Source: Eledone cirrhosa
Taxonomy: Eukaryota
DNA: 64,000 bases
Direction: 5' to 3'
Assembly: GCA_964016885.1 (NCBI GenBank)
Contig: OZ024740.1
Coordinates: 290,160,001-290,224,000 of the forward strand
Of the stretch, positions 38,470 through 51,364 are shown in pieces. The position numbers and the translations under genes were made by a program. The stretch's first letter is position 1, and each line of letters begins with the position of its first letter. A model generated the notes under the pieces. That model was not told the DNA's origin and did not search any database. It saw only the letters and a list, made by a program, of their open reading frames with translations.

Positions 38470-40299
38470 TGGTAACACAACAGTTAGTTCACCATACCGA
38501 GAACAATTGTTTCACCTTAGCGGATCTTTAGCTCATACTGGTCATGGTTATACGGAACAGGAAGAACAACTGTATGAACGCGCATGCGCAGAAACGGTCA
38601 CTTCACCCAAGTGATGCAAAGCCACGGGCGAAAGGTGTAAGGGAGATAACAATGCCGAATTGCGTGAACTTCGCTTTTTGGAGTTGAAGGAGTTAAGCCA
38701 CTTAATGACGGAGTCGCTGTTCTCCCACTGGGACAGGTTGGACTTGGTCCTAATGCTCTTAACTATGATTCTAAGTATAACCTTACTGACTAGTCGCATT
38801 TCCTTGCGTGCCGCGTTTAGTATTCTACACGTGGGATTAGAAGCAAAGTCTACCTTGTGATCCTTCTGGGTGAGAAACGCCTCGCGCTTAACTAAGCAGT
38901 GTAGCTTCTTATCTACCTTAAGGGCGGCAGCAAGGTCTTTGGCTTCTGTATTGATGTCGTGGTAGGCCATAGGGTTAGCCTTCTTATATTTAGAGGTAAT
39001 AGCGTTATGTGCCAAGTGACTGTAAGTAGTATTGTCAACTTCGTAAATATTATTGATTTTGTCAGAAAGAACGTAAGTGTTATTGGAAGACCTAAATTTC
39101 TTAATGTCATTTCTAAGTTTAGTTTGGAAGGTGTTAGAGTGTTTGCGAAAGGAAATGTTAGCTCTTCTGTCAAGAAGGTCAGCTTCGAAAGGAGCGAGTT
39201 CAGTTACCTTAGGAGGTTAGGTTGAAGGTGTTACTGGTGCCTGTAATTTTGCCGTCAAAAGCTAGGGCTCGCCATCTTAAGCGTCTGAAGTGGGAATATT
39301 TATCAGGGAGTAATCCAGTTCGTATAAATCCATTCTGACGTTGATGAGACACACAGTTGTGTAGGACACGAGGATATAGAGAGCGCTCACAGGGTAGAAA
39401 GACAAACTCCCACGTGGTGAAGAATCTGCTAAAAGCCAAACTTCCACGTGGTGAAAAGAATCTGTTGACCGGTGCTGGAGATGTATATAGAGGTAGAACA
39501 CTGGAAGGTAATATCCGTAGTGGTAGAGCACTCGGTCCATGGGAGGAGTTAGGTAGAAGTGGTAACACAACAGTTAGTTCACCATACCAAGAACAATTGT
39601 TTCACCTTAGCGGATCTTCAGCTCGCAATGGTCATGGTTATACGGAACAGGAAGGACAACCGTATGAACGCATATGCGCAGAAAAGGTCACTTTACCCAA
39701 GCGATACAAAGCCACGGGCGAAAGGTTTAAGGGAGACAACTGCAAAAGTCCGGAAAAGATGTTCGAGTTGATAAGAAAATTAGAATGTTATTGTTATTCA
39801 ATCCGGAGCTTTGTAGGTATGCAAGAGGTGTTTCCAGACATGAGCAGATTTCATTTCTTGAATTTAGGCAATCGCTATTGCATAATCTCCTTAGAATATT
39901 TATCCTTTCTTCAATACACAGTCCACAAGACGGATTGCCCCTTGCGTATGGCTTGGACTTAGTGATGGCTTTCCATTGAATGGAGTAGTCTATTCTTGAG
40001 TCCTTGAGGCACCATACGTGGTACGCGAGTTTCGTGGATGATCGTGGATGATCGTTTGTCCTTAAACCTTTCGCCCGTGCTTTTGTATCGCTTGGGTGAA
40101 GTGACCGTTTCTGCGCATACGCGTTCATTCGGTTGTTCTACTGTTCCGTATAACTATGACCAGTACAAGCTCAATATCCGCTAAGATGAAACAATTGTTC
40201 TCGGTATGGTGAACTAACTGTTGTGTTGCCACTTCTATTCTACCTAACACGTCCCATGGACTGAGTGCTCTGTCACTACGGATTTACCTTCCAGTGTTC

Positions 40300-40303
<4 letters not shown>
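38467..40303 (-). mobile_element. Decayed partial-tandem PLE resembling the Naiad clade: three pLTRs (38467-38650 minus, 39490-39740 minus, 40060-40303 inverted)
   Basis: Minus-strand fragments FRRLRWRA, LSDKINNIY, KDHKVDFASNPTCRILNAARKEMRLVSKVIL..LSQWENSDSVIKW, and endonuclease C-terminus TKLAYHVWCLKD..YSIQWK..CGLCIEER..LNSRNE. Confidence 0.8.
39588..39625 (-). ncRNA. Canonical minimal hammerhead in the Naiad-like pLTR; decayed paralogs near 38497-38535 (-) and 40167-40204 (+)
   Basis: Minus strand: CGAG CTGAAGA T CC GCTAA GG T GAAA CAATTG TT^ CTTG; the other two copies have cores CTAAAGA and CTCAATA. Confidence 0.75.
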
Positions 40304-40397
<94 letters not shown>

Positions 40398-40538
40398 TAT
40401 AGATATATACATATATAGAGAGAGAGAGATATGTACATTATACATATATGTGTATATGTATGCGTATGTGTATGTATGGGTGAGTTTGTTCGCACCTCGC
40501 GTGCCTTTTGTTACTAAACATAAACATACATGTGTGTG

Positions 40539-40630
<92 letters not shown>

Positions 40631-40659
40631 TGTGTGTGTATATATATATATATATATAT

Positions 40660-40703
<44 letters not shown>

Positions 40704-40709
40704 ATATAT

Positions 40710-40743
<34 letters not shown>

Positions 40744-40994
40744 CCATGCAGATATATACGCATGATGAGAAGAAAGTGAGGCCAAATGGAGGGTTCTTAG
40801 CTAACAAAGCGAATACTTCGGTGAAGATTTGGAGAGTAACCAAAGTCTTCAATACAAGAACCCCAAAGAAGTTGGCAGTGAGAGAATAGATAATTTTCTA
40901 CTGGCCAAGTGGCCATCTTTCTTTGCTAATGTACTGCTCAATAATGGCAATTACCTAACCTGTTGGAATATGACCACTGAAGAGATTTGTATAG

Positions 40995-42140
40995 CATTGG
41001 TGGTGGTGGAAATAGGGAGAGGCTGGTGGTAGCTGTTGGTGATATAATGGCGAAGATGGTGGTGGTGGTGGAAATAGGGAGAAGCTGGTGGTGGCTGTTG
41101 GTTATATAATGGCGAAGACGGTGGTGGTGGTGGTGGAAATAGGGAGAGGCTGGTGGTGGCTGTTGGTTATATAATGGCGAAGACGGTGGTGGTGGTGGTG
41201 GAAATAGGGAGAAGCTGGTGGTGGCTGTTGGTTATATAATGGCGAAGACGGTGGTGGTGGTGGTGGAAATAGGGAGAGGCTGGTGGTGGCTGTTGGTGAT
41301 ATAATGGCGAAGATGGTGGTGGTGGTGGTGGAAATAGGGAGAAGTTGGTGGTGGCTGTTGGTGATATAATGGCGAAGATGGTGGTGGTGGTGGAAATAGG
41401 GAGAAGCTGGTGGTGGCTGTTGGTGATATAATGGCGAAGACGGTGGTGGTGGTGGAAATAGGGAGAGGCTGGTGGTAGCTGTTGGTGATATAATGGCGAA
41501 GACGGTGGTGGTGGTGGTGGAAATAGGGAGAGGCTGGTGGTGGCTGTTGGTGATATAATGGCGAAGACGGTGGTGGTGGTGGAAATAGGGAGAGGTTGGT
41601 GGTGGCTGTTGGTGACATAATGGCGAAGATGGTGGTGGTGGTGGAAATAGGGAGAGGCTGGTGGTGGCTGTTGGTGATATAATGGCGAAGACGGTGGTGG
41701 TGGTGGAAATAGGGAGAGGTTGGTGGTGGCTGTTGGTGATATAATGGCGAAGACGGTGGTGGTGGTGGAAATAGGGAGGGGCTGGTGGTGGCTGTTGGTG
41801 ATATAATGGCGAAGACGGTGGTGGTGGAAATAGGGAGAGGCTGGTGGTAGCTGTTGGTGATATAATGGCGAAGACGGTGGTGGTGGTGGTGGAAATAGCG
41901 GAGAGGCTGGTGGTGGCTGTTGGTGATATAATGGCGAAGACGGTGGTGGTGGTGGTGGAAATAGGGAGAAGCTGGTGGTAGCTGTTGGTGATATAATGGC
42001 GAAGACGGTGGTGGTGGTGGAAATAGGGAGAAGCTGGTGGTGGCTGTTGGTGATATAATGGCGAAGATGGTGGTGGTGGTGGAAATAGGGAGAGGTTGGT
42101 GGTGGCTGTTAGTGATATAATGGTGAAGATGGTGGTGGTG
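40995..42140. repeat. ~59-65-bp VNTR, about 18 copies, with a variable (GGT)n spacer
   Basis: ggaaatagggagaggctggtggtggctgttggtgatataatggcgaagac(ggt)3-5. Confidence 0.95.
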
Positions 42141-42736
42141 CTGTTAGTAGGGGTGTTGGTGTAAGTTGCTGTGATGGTAGTGGATATGGCGGTCGTGGTG
42201 GTAGTAGTGATGGTAGTGGTGATAATAGTGGTAGTAGTTAATGGTTGTGATGGTAGTGGAGATGGCGGTCGTGGTGGTAGTAGTGATGGTAGTGGTGATA
42301 ATAGAGGTAGTAGTTAGTGGTTGTGATGGTAGTGGAGATGGCGGTCGTAGTGGCAGTAGTGATGGTGATCATAATTATGGTGGTGGTAGTAGTTGAGGTG
42401 GTGGTGATGGTGGTAGTGGTGGTAGTAGTAGATGTGACAGTGATGGTAGTGGTGATGACAGTAGTGGTTATGGTGGCGGTAATAATAGCAGTGCAAGTTG
42501 TGGTGAGGATAGTGGTAGTGGTAGTGGTAGCGATAGTGGTAGTGGTGTTTATGGTGGTCGTATTGGTTGTACAGATGGTCGCGGTGGTGAGGATGAAGTT
42601 AGTGGTGGTGGTGGTGTGAGCTAAGTATATTAGGGTGGGGGGTTGTGATTTGTGGGACTGTAACAGGAATCTAGGGATTATACTTCGGGAGACAGTGTAC
42701 GTGTGTGAGTAGGAACAGATGAGCAAGCATTATATT

Positions 42737-42950
42737 TGGTGGCTTGACAGAATCGGTAGAGCGTCAGACAGCCTGATTAGCGGCAGAGAGTTACAGCCCT
42801 TTGCATTCTGAGTTCAAATCCCTCAGAGGTTATCTTTGCCTTTCATTCTTACAGGGTCGATAAAATAAAGCACCAGTAAATACTGGGGTCGATTTAATCC
42901 ACTTTCCCTCCCCTCCAAATTGCTGGCCTTGTGCCTAAAGTAGAATATTA
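42737..42950 (+). mobile_element. SINE family A copy
   Basis: Head, B-box and core present. Confidence 0.8.
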
Positions 42951-43034
42951 TACTCCAGAAAAACTGTCGAGTGCTTCGAATCAGTTGTAAATATATATAT
43001 TTGTTGAATTACCAACAAATTAAATATCCCTTTG

Positions 43035-43072
<38 letters not shown>

Positions 43073-43076
<4 letters not shown>

Positions 43077-44350
43077 AACAAGTAGGACCCCGACGGCTGA
43101 GCTCAAGCCGTTTCGACGGCTAATTCTGGACTAAATGAACATGTTTATCCTGGTAAATGAATAGCCGAACTTCTCAGGGGGTAACTGCATATATGGTAAA
43201 AGTGATTGTCACAAGGATTGGTCAAAAGTTTTTTGTTGAGACACGTGATTCTATCATGGCATTTTGTGGAAGGTAGGGGTAGCTGAACTTGCCAGTAGAA
43301 GAAAGAGGGAGAGGGAGTGGAGAAAACCCAGTCAAGCGTTGAAAGTGACAACTACAGCAGATTCTAAGGATAGTGTATAGAAGGTCGAAAAAAGTATACT
43401 AGAGAAGGGGAGGGGGAGGAAGTTGAAACAATAAGTAAATCTATATGGAGTAAATAAATATATAGAAAATATAAAAAATATTAAAAAATATTAAAACAAA
43501 AACAATTTCTGGTTACTAGTCCCCTTCGACAATCATCAAAATTCTCACTGGTACTGCTAAGCTATAGAAAAGTTTAATAGGTGAGAAGGAATACTAAATA
43601 CGAGATTGTAGTGAAAGAATTTTATGAGTTAGTAGTAATCAGCCAAATCTATCTTACAATCACAGGTCAACAAGTAGAGGGCCAACATACTAAAAAACTA
43701 ATACGAAATAATAATTCAGAACCCCGAAACTAATACGAAATATTAATTCAGAATCCCGAAACATGAATACTAATACGATATATATAAGTACTGCTACAAT
43801 ACATAAATTCTAATACAATCTACATAAATACTCATACAATAAATATAAAAAAACTAATACAATATATATAAATACTGCTACAATACATAAATTCTAATAC
43901 AATCTACATAAATACTCGTACAATATATATGAAGAACTAATACGAAAAATAAATTCAGAATCCCCCCAAAAAATAATAATGATATACGAGAAACTAAAGC
44001 AGAAATACCACTAAGAAATCTAGAAATCACGGAAATGGGGCAGCAACCAGAGAAGAAAGCAAGTATCTGGGGTCTAGCATATCTGCTATAAAAAGCGGAA
44101 TCGGCCAATTATATCATAAAATGAGGGGGGTGGGGGTACTGAAGCTACAGAGGACCGAAGGACTGCATCGGGGTGGAGGAGAAGGTGAAAAGAACAACGA
44201 CGAAGAAGGGGATCTGGGGTGGAAGGATGGAGGACAAACGAGTGACGCGCGTTTCGCTACTGATCAGCTGAAGGTTCGATCTGTATCGATCTAGCCCGAC
44301 TCTGGAATCGAAAACTCGTCGGACCTCTGTGGTAGTAATGACAGAATGAA
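43073..44350 (-). mobile_element. (TA)n-flanked ~1.3-kb element with an HHR-like motif near each end; no recognisable ORF
   Basis: HHR-like folds at 43087-43182 and 44240-44327; left end is homologous to 23608, 28075 and 62577. Confidence 0.6.
43087..43182 (-). ncRNA. Hammerhead-like motif with extended helix II and a one-base core deviation
   Basis: Minus strand: ACCCC CTGAGAA GTTCGGCTATTC [loop] GAATTAGCCGTC GAAA CGGCT TGAGCTC AGCCG TC^ GGGGT. Confidence 0.65.
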
Positions 44351-44390
44351 TATATATATATATAGATATTTCCACTTTACTTTTACTTCA

Positions 44391-44503
<113 letters not shown>

Positions 44504-44514
44504 AGAGAGAGAGT

Positions 44515-45212
44515 GAGATAGGTATATTTCTTTATTTGCCACAAGGGCGCACAAGAAAAGGCGACAAAACAAGGACACATGCCGGGGATTTTAATGCAGT
44601 CGTGTAAAAATATTGAAACAAACAAATTTAACAATCGAAATCCCCAATAGGGGGGAGGCGCCACAAATGGGTTGTTTAATACCTCGTCGATAGAACAACC
44701 CTCAACTTGAGGGGCGTGTTGTGCAAGTGCTCCTTTCTTCCTTTTACTCTCTTCTTCAACCTACAGGTTTATATCAGAGAAGGCCCAATCACTGGGGCCA
44801 TTTTTGCTACATTCACCAACCTTTCAGTAAATTTACTGGGGTGCAATGCCTCTCTCTCCACTCTGATTCTCCTTCTAAAGTTGTACCTAAAGAAGGGAAT
44901 GACCTGTTGTCCGGAGAGAAAGGCATCTGTCCTCAGTCCTCTCAATCTCGTCCACCATATAACCTCTTTCACCATAGCCACTAAACAGAGGAAAACCGCC
45001 TCTCTTTCGTTTTTGAAAGAAATTGGCGGTTTGATCCTTACTATGGACTCGGCAATCAACTGGATTTGTCCCAAACGCGAAAGCAGTTGTTCTGCGTAGT
45101 TCCACGGGTCGGTTACGCCCGAGCAGTGTACAATCGCGTGCAAGACGGTTTCAATGTCTTGCTCGCATCTTGGACAAGTCCTCTTGGAAGGATCCCTGCC
45201 GGGACGTCTGTG
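44515..45212 (-). pseudogene. 5'-truncated L1/Tx1-like LINE 3' end (CCHC zinc finger, C-terminus, 3' UTR)
   Basis: Minus strand TCPRCEQDIETVLHAIVHC..W..KEVIWWTR..; AATAAA at 44531-44536; 3' end runs into (TC)n and the 5' junction into (TATC)n. Confidence 0.8.
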
Positions 45213-45276
45213 ATAGATAGATAGATTACATATGAATATTTATGTAAGTTTGTGTACACAAACTAATATCGTAATT

Positions 45277-45397
<121 letters not shown>

Positions 45398-46669
45398 CCC
45401 ATAACCACACACTCGACAAAAATGCGTGCTAAACAAAGATTATGTGATTAGCTACGCAAGGCAACTATATTTCTAACAACTTACATTATTTCATATCTTT
45501 GTTTTCTAAATTATTTTCATGTTTCCAATTTATATAGCGTCCTCAGGCACATTTGAATGGAATTTATTAAAAACATTACATAAATATTTAATAATGTAAA
45601 AAAGAAAGAGACACACATACACTCCACGTCCTTAGATTTGTTATTGTTGTTGTTGTTGGTGGTGGTGGTGGTGGTGATGATGATGGAGGTTGTGACCGAG
45701 TTGTTGTTGGTGATATAGATGGTGATTGTCATGGTGGGGTTGGTGTTGGTGGTGGTGTTATTGGTAGTTTTGGCATTGTTATTAGTAGAAGCAATGGTGG
45801 CGGTAGTAACAATGGGGATAGTGATAGTGGTTGTGGTGGGGGATGGTGATTGTGGTAGTAGTGGTGATGTTGGTGTTTTATCATATGTTGTTGGTGGTTG
45901 TTTCTTTTTTGTGTAGTTGGTATGTTACTAATGGTGGTTATAGTGGTCATGATGTTGTTGATGGTGGCTGTGTTGTTGTTGGTGGTTGTGTTGTTGTTGG
46001 TTGTTGTTGTTGGTGGTTGTTTTAGTGGTAGTGGGTGAGCTTGAACCATACAAAATATTTATGAAAATAGTAATGTGAATACATTAGAATTATGAGATAT
46101 TTGTAGGTGGGAGGTCCGCGGTAAAAGAAGTCGCTTCTCAAATTTTCATCAAATCACACTCCCACTGACTTATGACATGGGGACATATTGAATGATATGG
46201 TTTTAGGAAAGATAAAAAGTGGGGTGGAAATAGCTGGAATGTCTCTGGTTATATGTTTTCTTGATTAGTGTCAACATGGGGTTAAACAACAACAAATCCT
46301 TTACAATTATCTCTTTCTCTTGCAACACACGCACACACACACACAGACGCCCACACACAGAGGCATGTACACACACACTCACTAACTTACATATACGCAT
46401 ACACACACATGCACACGCACACACTGTGAACTTCATTTTGGAAATATATGTCATATAATTGTTTAATGCCGTGTGTGTTCCATTAATGTTCAATTCAACC
46501 AAATTAACTAATAGAAGCAGATAAAAACGATATCTCTATTCATATCAATGACCTATTAAAACTTGTTACATTATACAAATGGTTTAGTTGAGTGGGCTGA
46601 TATATCCCACATGCAATAATCTGGCGGTAGTAATTGAAATAGTGGACACACAGGCAGCCAACCAGCCAG

Positions 46670-47082
46670 CCCGACGACCAACCGACTAGCCAGCCAGCCA
46701 GTCAGCCAACTAACAAACTAGTCAACCAATCAACCAGCCAACCAACAAACCATCCAACCAGCTAACCAATCAACTAACAAACTAACCAATTAGTCAGCCA
46801 ACCAGCCAACCAGCCAACCAGCCAACCAGCCAACCAGCCAACCAACCAACTAACCAACCAACCAACCAACAAACAAAGCAACTAATCAACAAACCAACCA
46901 ACCAAATAACCAGTTAATCAACTAACCAACCTACCAAACAAGCAGCCTGTAGCCAGCCATCTAACGAATCAACCAACCAACCAATCAACCAACCAATCAG
47001 CCAATGAACCAACCAACCAATCAACCAACCAATCAGCCAACCAACCAACCAACCAATCAACCAACCAATCAGCCAGCCAACT
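46670..47082. repeat. Degenerate (CCAA)n/(CCAG)n tetranucleotide tract
   Basis: Read directly. Confidence 0.9.
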
Positions 47083-49339
47083 ACTCCTAAAAAGCAATTT
47101 TCAACTTGTACTAACGTTCCTCAGCTTCTGTTTCGTAGCTATTGTTATTGGCTTTTCGCAGCACTCCGCCGTGGTAAACCCCACAGTCCATAACGGTCTT
47201 TGGTCATCTTGTAGCACGTGTCGTAAAAACCTGATTGCGGATTTATTGTCATCTCGCAGCTTTGACACCATAATCTATCGAACGGTTCTGACAACGCGGC
47301 TTTCGTGTTGTGCATTGAAGAAATAGTCGAAGCGATACTTTTCTTAATCTCATCTTTTAATTTATTCCTATTTCTACTCTAATATATTTTCCTTTATTGC
47401 TATTTATTTGCAGCCTTATGGACTCTCCTCCAATCACCGTTGTTGATGATTACCCCTTATATCGTCCCTAATCCGGTCACTGGGGGCTTTGAGTGCGAAC
47501 AACGATGTCTCCAATTTCCAGAAATTATGTTCCAGTCTACCTGTCTTAAACAGTTCGAATCAACAAATCATGAATGTAAGGTCTATATAGACATAATTTC
47601 GTTCAACTTCCGTTTTCAAGAGAGCGAACGTGACTGGCATCACAAAGCAATCCTTATATTTTCACCAAAATACTCTTTTGTCTTTGAGCCCGTGTGTGAC
47701 TTAAGACAGCGTAGCTATATTTGCAAACGAATCGAATCTACTTTACTGATTGCGTTCAAAAACCGCCAACTAACATAGCTTCTCGAACCTCATGCTTTTG
47801 ATGATGGTGCTACTCGTGTTGGTATTCTTAGTGCTAGACGTGCTACTAAGAAGATTCTCGCTGCTTCTATTGTTTGCTCACTTTTCATCGCTCCTGTCAC
47901 TGCTACTCGCTGTGATGGTGGTTGTAGTGTTGTTTCTTATCCCACAGATCTCGATGAATGCATCAGGCATGACGCGAAGATATGCAACGTCCGGTTCAAT
48001 GACACCGGATAACGACAAGCTCACTTTCTTGTCAGATACGGTGGCGTTGGTCTTCAGGTTCATTTTCCTATTGTCGGCACCTCTTTCGTCGCTGACCTCC
48101 TATAATGTCCATATCAACAAGATTCTCCACAATACATCAGAGCCGATTATGGCCCGGGTATTTGAGGTGGCCGACGTGACTTGACTTCAATTCTGTAGAC
48201 GGCCAACGAAAATGTAATGCAATCCAGTGCGATTAAGTTTTAGATAACCATGCTCACTTGCTTGACCAATACCATCTGTTTTGTTTCCGTACTGCTTCCC
48301 AACCCCATAATGGTTCTTAGCTGAATGTCGTACCCTCACGGTCAACTGGTACCCAGCTAGGCAGGGATTCTCTCTGTATTAGTGTTTCACTAAGGCTCGG
48401 TCACCGGTTCTGCAAGCAAAACAAATACTGTTACTTATCCATGGTAGACACTTTCAGTTTTCATCCAGTCATGTCATCTCCCACGACGTACCGCTCTCAA
48501 CGAGATAATTGAATGTGGCTTAGACACTGCTGACTTCCCCTTCACAGCTCTAACCGGCAAAGGTAGACCGATTGGACGGCAGAAGGTCAGATTGAACACA
48601 ACGTTTCCGTTTTGTGGTGTTATGCCCTTCGTCAGCAACCTGGTGAATTCAACAACAGACCCTGGTTTCGCTGGCCGACAAACTGAAGATCGTAAATTGT
48701 TGAAGTGCCAGACACTTTCGGTAAATGTATCCTTTAAACTACAGCAGTGGAAACTTCTGGCTTCATTGTTTCCCGAACCACGTCTCTACTCGGGAGAATG
48801 ATCCATCCGTGTTGGAATAGTTGTATACTACATGGTAACGCCGTTTTAGTCCTTTCCGCTGGCGCAGTGAGGCAATAGCCACTGGAGCTCCTGTACGTAA
48901 AAGAGACAGACCAACCGAACGAAAGAACCTGACAACGTTTCGTTAGCTGGTTGGGTCATGCTGTCGGCGTTTCTTCGTATCACTTCTAAACTAACCAACT
49001 TGAAATGCGTGTAAATACTGTAAATGGCTAACACTCAAAGACACGTGAACAGTTTAAAGTGTCCGAAGACAAAACTTTCCTTTACTCGAGCCCATGGAAT
49101 AGACGAGAAATCCAAATGTTCTCTAAGTCTTTCGCTGGTAAAAGTATCTAAGCTCTTTTTATATGGTAATTCTTGAAGAAAACATTATAGGCAGGGCTCT
49201 GCGAAATGTGACCGTTTGCATCAATCAACAATAACAAGAACAGCAGCCGCAGCTTCAATGACAACAATAACTACAACTGTAACAACAATATCAAAAACAT
49301 CAACAGCAGCTCTAACTACAACAGCAACAACAACAATAT

Positions 49340-49615
49340 TACACTGGGTAATTGCTGGCATTGTGCCTAAAGCAGAAACAATTATTATTGATGGTGGATT
49401 GGCAGTATCATTAGAGCATCGGACATTATGCTTTGTGGCACAGAGTTACGTCCCTTTACATTATAAGTTAAAATCCCGCCGAAGATAGCTTTGCCTTTCA
49501 TCCTTACAGGGTCGATAAGATAAAGTACCAGTAACGCACTGGGGTCGATTTAATAGACTTTTCCCTTCCCTGCAAATTGCTGGCCCTGTACCAAATGTAG
49601 AAACAATTATTATTG
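49340..49615 (+). mobile_element. SINE A tail followed by a full copy
   Basis: Family head and core. Confidence 0.8.
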
Positions 49616-49911
49616 ATGGTTTCGTACATAGACACAGGGCCTAAACTATGATATGGATATGTATCTTCGATGGAATAGAGACCCCGAAAATATCCGGTAC
49701 CTATTATATCGACCCTGGCACTTCTACTCCATCTTTTCATCAATTAGCTAAAAGACCAGATTCACTCTCAATATTTGGAGTGAAAATATTTGAAGTATCT
49801 CATTTCCAATGAACTATTTCTATTGTAGTTATCTCCCTTGCTTGTTGTGTTTTAGATTTTGAACGCTCATGGGAATTTTGTCTAATAACAGTATGTATAT
49901 TCTCAGCTGAG

Positions 49912-50098
49912 GGCTGTTGATTGGCAGTATCGGTAGAGGGTCGGATGCCATGCTTTGCAGCGTAGAGTCATGGCCCTTTGCGCTATGAGTTCAAATCCCG
50001 CCGAAGTTAACTTTGCCTTTCATCCTTACAGGGTCGATAAAATAAAGTACCAGTAATACACTGCAATAATTGCTGGCCTTGTGCCAAAAGTAGAAAGT
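49912..50098 (+). mobile_element. SINE family A copy (internal-deletion variant)
   Basis: ttggcagtatcggtagagggtcgg...gagttcaaatcccgccg... Confidence 0.85.
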
Positions 50099-50278
50099 AT
50101 TCTATTACAAAGCAATATTCTTCTGTTGTGTCGTTGTTTTCGTTGTTGCTGTTGCTATTGACAATATTATGGATTTTATCGTTGTTGTTTAGGTCGCAGG
50201 CGGCCCTGATTGAACAAGCCTATGAAATAAAAACCATTTCATTCGTGACCATCCTGACCTTTTGATTATCTAGGACTA

Positions 50279-51292
50279 TCTACTTATATATATAACCAGC
50301 AATTTCTCTGTCTGTCCGACAGTGGAAACACGTGCGTAGAGAGAGAGTGAGAGTGAAAGAAAGAGACAGACTACGAGAGGGGGATAGCGGGAGAGAGAGA
50401 GGGAGAGAGAGAGAGTGAATAGACGCTAAAACACGTGCTACAGAAACATTACCTTCCCCTCTCCACTAACTTTGGTCACTAAGGCCGAAGGAATCGCGCT
50501 GAGCGCGTCATAATGACGTAATGCAGACAGCCAGACATACAGACAGATATTATAAGGGCGCAACGTTATATCTATGTATCTATCTAAAAAGAAAGACTAA
50601 GAATTATATAGAGAGAACGCTAAATCGCCTAATGCGGTCCCTAGGGCATTGAGAATTTGAAATAATTTTTGCTCAAAACACTCTCAGGACCATAAGTATT
50701 ACATGTCTAAAGTTTGAAAACAATCGGTTGGATGGTTCTCAAGTTTTAGTGAGCTGACAGACAGACAGACATTCTCTGTTTTAGATATATAGACTAGTAG
50801 AAACCGCCCCCGGGTGGTTTTCTGCTAGTCTATATATCTAAAACAGAGAATGTCTGTCTGTCTGTCTGACTCCCTAAAACTTGAGAACCACCCAACCGAT
50901 TGTTTTCAAACTTTACACATGTAATACTTGTGGTCCTGTGAGTGTTTTGAGCATAAAACATTTTAAATGTTTAATGCCCTAGGGACCGCATTAGGCGATT
51001 TAGCGATCCCTCTCTATAATTCTTAGTCTTTCTTTTTAGATAGATACATAGATATAAAGTTGCGTCCTTATATTATCTGTCTGTATGTCTGTCTGTCTGC
51101 ATTACGACATTATGACGCTATATATGTGTGTGTGTATATATGTATATATAGTGTGTGTATATATATAGATATATATAGTGTGTAACGTTTTTCGAAATAT
51201 TTACTTCTGCGTTCACAGATTGATTTTTCTAGTTTCAGAAGATCTCGTTAAGGGTGAAAGCAGCGATTCTTTGCTTAAACTTTATTCTGTTA

Positions 51293-51364
<72 letters not shown>

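Noticed and set aside
38500-38550. SECIS element in the Naiad-like pLTR (ATGA..AA..GA on minus)
   Set aside because: The stem does not pair; the AAA arises from a mutated HHR core in one copy only
40995-42140. CRISPR-like regular repeat
   Set aside because: No unique spacers, eukaryotic context and no cas genes; it is a plain VNTR
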